A stretch of DNA of 64,000 nucleotides. Origin: Paraphysomonas bandaiensis. Lineage: Eukaryota; Protista; Chrysophyceae. The stretch lies in NCBI GenBank assembly GCA_965644295.1, contig CBFFRP010000127.1, positions 197,136-261,135 of the forward strand. The letters run 5' to 3'. Of the stretch, positions 61,998-64,000 are shown piece by piece. Within the stretch, counting starts at the first letter, position 1. Every line of letters starts with the position of its first letter. Made by a program: the position numbers and the translations under genes. The notes beneath the pieces are model-generated. The model did not search any database and was not told where the DNA came from. It saw only the letters and a list, made by a program, of their open reading frames with translations.

Positions 61998-63790
61998 TTC
62001 ACCTTTGGGTCATTATTTGCCCCTTTCGCTTGCGTAAGCGGGCAGGGTTTCTTTCCCCTATGCCATACCTCCAACCGCCCGCAAACATTACAACGCTCCG
62101 AATCTGCCACTCTAGGCCAATCCGGCTCCTGAAATCTCTCCCTGGACTTCTTTCCTTTCCTCGCAACGTCATTTGACGCCCTCTGCGAGTTCTTGGGAGG
62201 AGAGCGAGAGCGATTGCGTTTCCCGTCCCTTTGGTCGGAACCCTTCCGCCCTCGCGTGTCAGTCTCGGAAAGGCTATCTGCTGCCTCCCGCGCCCAATGG
62301 CGAGTCACAAAGATATCGAAAGGCTTCACCAACTCCCAGGAGTCCCTAATCGAAGCCACGGCTTTGTGTACCGCTGACACATAGCCCAGAAGAGTGCGCT
62401 TATCCGCCGGCAAATTTTCGAACACCGGCTGCACTTTCTCTGTGAAGAATCTCTTCCTTCTGGCTTGATCATCGTACGGGAGATCAATTCGAAGAGAACG
62501 CTTAAACTCTTCAATCCACGCTTTATTCTCCTCGATAGTCCCTTGGCCACTCTCCTTCTCTAGCAGCAGCTTTAGGTCCCCACCCCACATTCTCACATCT
62601 TTCATGCTCTGTAGAGTGCGGGACTTCCGGGCCCACTCTCGGATACGCTGGAACGGCTCTACCACCTCTACGTGGCCTTGATCCTTTACTATCTTGCGTA
62701 AGAAACTGAAAAAGTCCTCCGCCGAAAGCACCTCAGGATCCCTCCAATCACCCGCCTTTCCATTTACGTCATCCCGTAAAAAGTCCAACATTGCCGCCGT
62801 CCTAGCCGAAATTAGAGATCTGTCCACTTGCCTCCCTCCACTCTTGAGGGAGTACTGACGAGACTTCTCAATGTAGCTCTCGACTGCTTCCTCGCTCAGA
62901 GAGCTCAGTAGAGGTACATCATTGGACGTGACAAGTAGGGTACTGCTGGAGGAACTTGAATCCCCCCCCAGTCCCGACGGACCCCGCTGCAACGGTGGAG
63001 GCTCCCGCGCACTCCATTCTCCCTGTTGCTGCGTGCCGATTAATGCCGACAACTGCTCAATTTGCCGTTGCATGGCTGCTATAACGCTGTCGGACTCCCT
63101 CTCCGACTTGCTATATCGACGCGACTTCTCTCTGTCCGAGTCAACCGAATGCCGCGACCTTTTATATTCTCGGCTCCTTGACCGGTCACCCCTTCCCCTG
63201 TGGGACCGTCCTCGCCTATTCCTACTGCCAGAGCGATCGCGAGGCCGAGATCTCTCCCTTGATCTTTGCCGACCTCTCTCCGACTCATAGGGGCTCTCAT
63301 TCTGTCGAGAACTACCCCAATCGCAAGACTCCTCGCTCCAGCTTCGCTTGGAAGCTTCCTTTTCCTTCCTCGCACACTCCTCAATAAACTCCTGCTTTCT
63401 CTGCGCTACCAGACGCTTCACCTCTCGCTTGCGTCGCTTACGACTGTTTTCCTCCCATACTGCTAGCGCCTTCTCATTCTCGTCCTTTGGGGTCTCTTCC
63501 GAGCTACTCCCCGACAGAACGAGCTCCTCTGTATCGACTCTCCCTTCAACAGATAGAGCTGACGAAACTTCCTCTGCACCAGAATCCTCCTCTGGTGCCA
63601 CTGATTCCTCTTCCTCCATAGGAACCATATCCTGCTCCCTCGCAGGCTCATCCCCTACATCACTGGGAAGTTCTCGGTCGGAGGCCTCTGCCTCCTCCCC
63701 TTCCACAACACTGGAGGGTCTCGGTTCCACTGGAACCCCCTCTACTTCTTTTTCTACAACGCGTCTAGACTTTCTAACTCTCTTTGACAT
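61868..63790 (-). CDS. gag: Gag protein (acidic N-terminus, RS-rich segment, C-terminal Cys/His knuckle)
   Basis: Long ORF between the 5' LTR and pol; first ATG at 63790; CNVCGRLEVWHRGKKPC. Confidence 0.85.
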   Translation of the reverse strand: MSKRVRKSRRVVEKEVEGVPVEPRPSSVVEGEEAEASDRELPSDVGDEPAREQDMVPMEEEESVAPEEDSGAEEVSSALSVEGRVDTEELVLSGSSSEETPKDENEKALAVWEENSRKRRKREVKRLVAQRKQEFIEECARKEKEASKRSWSEESCDWGSSRQNESPYESERGRQRSRERSRPRDRSGSRNRRGRSHRGRGDRSRSREYKRSRHSVDSDREKSRRYSKSERESDSVIAAMQRQIEQLSALIGTQQQGEWSAREPPPLQRGPSGLGGDSSSSSSTLLVTSNDVPLLSSLSEEAVESYIEKSRQYSLKSGGRQVDRSLISARTAAMLDFLRDDVNGKAGDWRDPEVLSAEDFFSFLRKIVKDQGHVEVVEPFQRIREWARKSRTLQSMKDVRMWGGDLKLLLEKESGQGTIEENKAWIEEFKRSLRIDLPYDDQARRKRFFTEKVQPVFENLPADKRTLLGYVSAVHKAVASIRDSWELVKPFDIFVTRHWAREAADSLSETDTRGRKGSDQRDGKRNRSRSPPKNSQRASNDVARKGKKSRERFQEPDWPRVADSERCNVCGRLEVWHRGKKPCPLTQAKGANNDPKVKWRDSAVAKDILARTGYHTLPTGVGRLRRAVRMGETLRVSPAN

Positions 63791-63812
63791 CAGATTCACT
63801 GAATATCGATAT

Positions 63813-64000
63813 TGTAGCTGGCCGACACTAAGAGAATGTAGACTAGGAATATATGGTTATTATGCATATAAGAATCATGTATGTATAGACTGGCATGAAG
63901 CAACTGCCTATCGCTATATCACGATCCTGAAGGGATGTGCCCAAAGCAATCCCTGAAGGAGAGTGATCGCAAATCTAAAAACCTAAGGTTTTCCCAAAAG
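63813..64000 (-). repeat. 5' LTR (partial, 188 bp visible)
   Basis: No differences seen versus 57719-57906. Confidence 0.95.

Larger units (their letters stand above)
57719..64000 (-). mobile_element. Intact Ty3/gypsy LTR retrotransposon (chromovirus-like); 5' LTR cut by the window end
   Basis: Two LTRs, a PPT, and uninterrupted gag and pol in PR-RT-RH-IN-chromodomain order. Confidence 0.97.

Noticed and set aside
63348-63956. 202-aa plus-strand ORF over gag and the LTR
   Set aside because: Antisense shadow of the Glu/Ser-rich gag region, with no independent support.

Overview
Eukaryotic nuclear DNA with spliceosomal GT-AG introns, mostly about 47-56 nt. A stramenopile-type protist is inferred from the P1 protein C-terminus and the gene content. 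About 16 host genes are supported: PABP, a CCCH RNA-binding protein, a stand-alone MHYT membrane protein, two alpha-tubulins encoding identical proteins, a discoidin-like protein, an intron-split AP2-domain protein, an FkbM methyltransferase, a BT1 folate transporter, RPP1, RPL34, ATP synthase OSCP, a DRS1/DDX27 helicase, an ICME-like esterase, a KP-43-type subtilase and a double-USP protein. They are interleaved with many mobile elements: a very young Ty3/gypsy chromovirus with identical LTRs abutting a 1-kb (TACA)n array, a decayed copia element and its solo LTR, an intact gag-only ORF, hAT-type non-autonomous elements, a three-copy MITE family, and at least 6-8 5'-truncated non-LTR retrotransposon copies. 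The strongest novelty candidates are (i) a conserved, partly covarying multi-stem RNA motif with CUUG and GNRA tetraloops in the LINE 3' UTR, which reappears with different stems in a sister family, (ii) the microsatellite-associated chromovirus with no tRNA primer-binding site, and (iii) a possibly domesticated gag behind a host-type promoter. All calls come from reading the sequence by eye; no searches were run.
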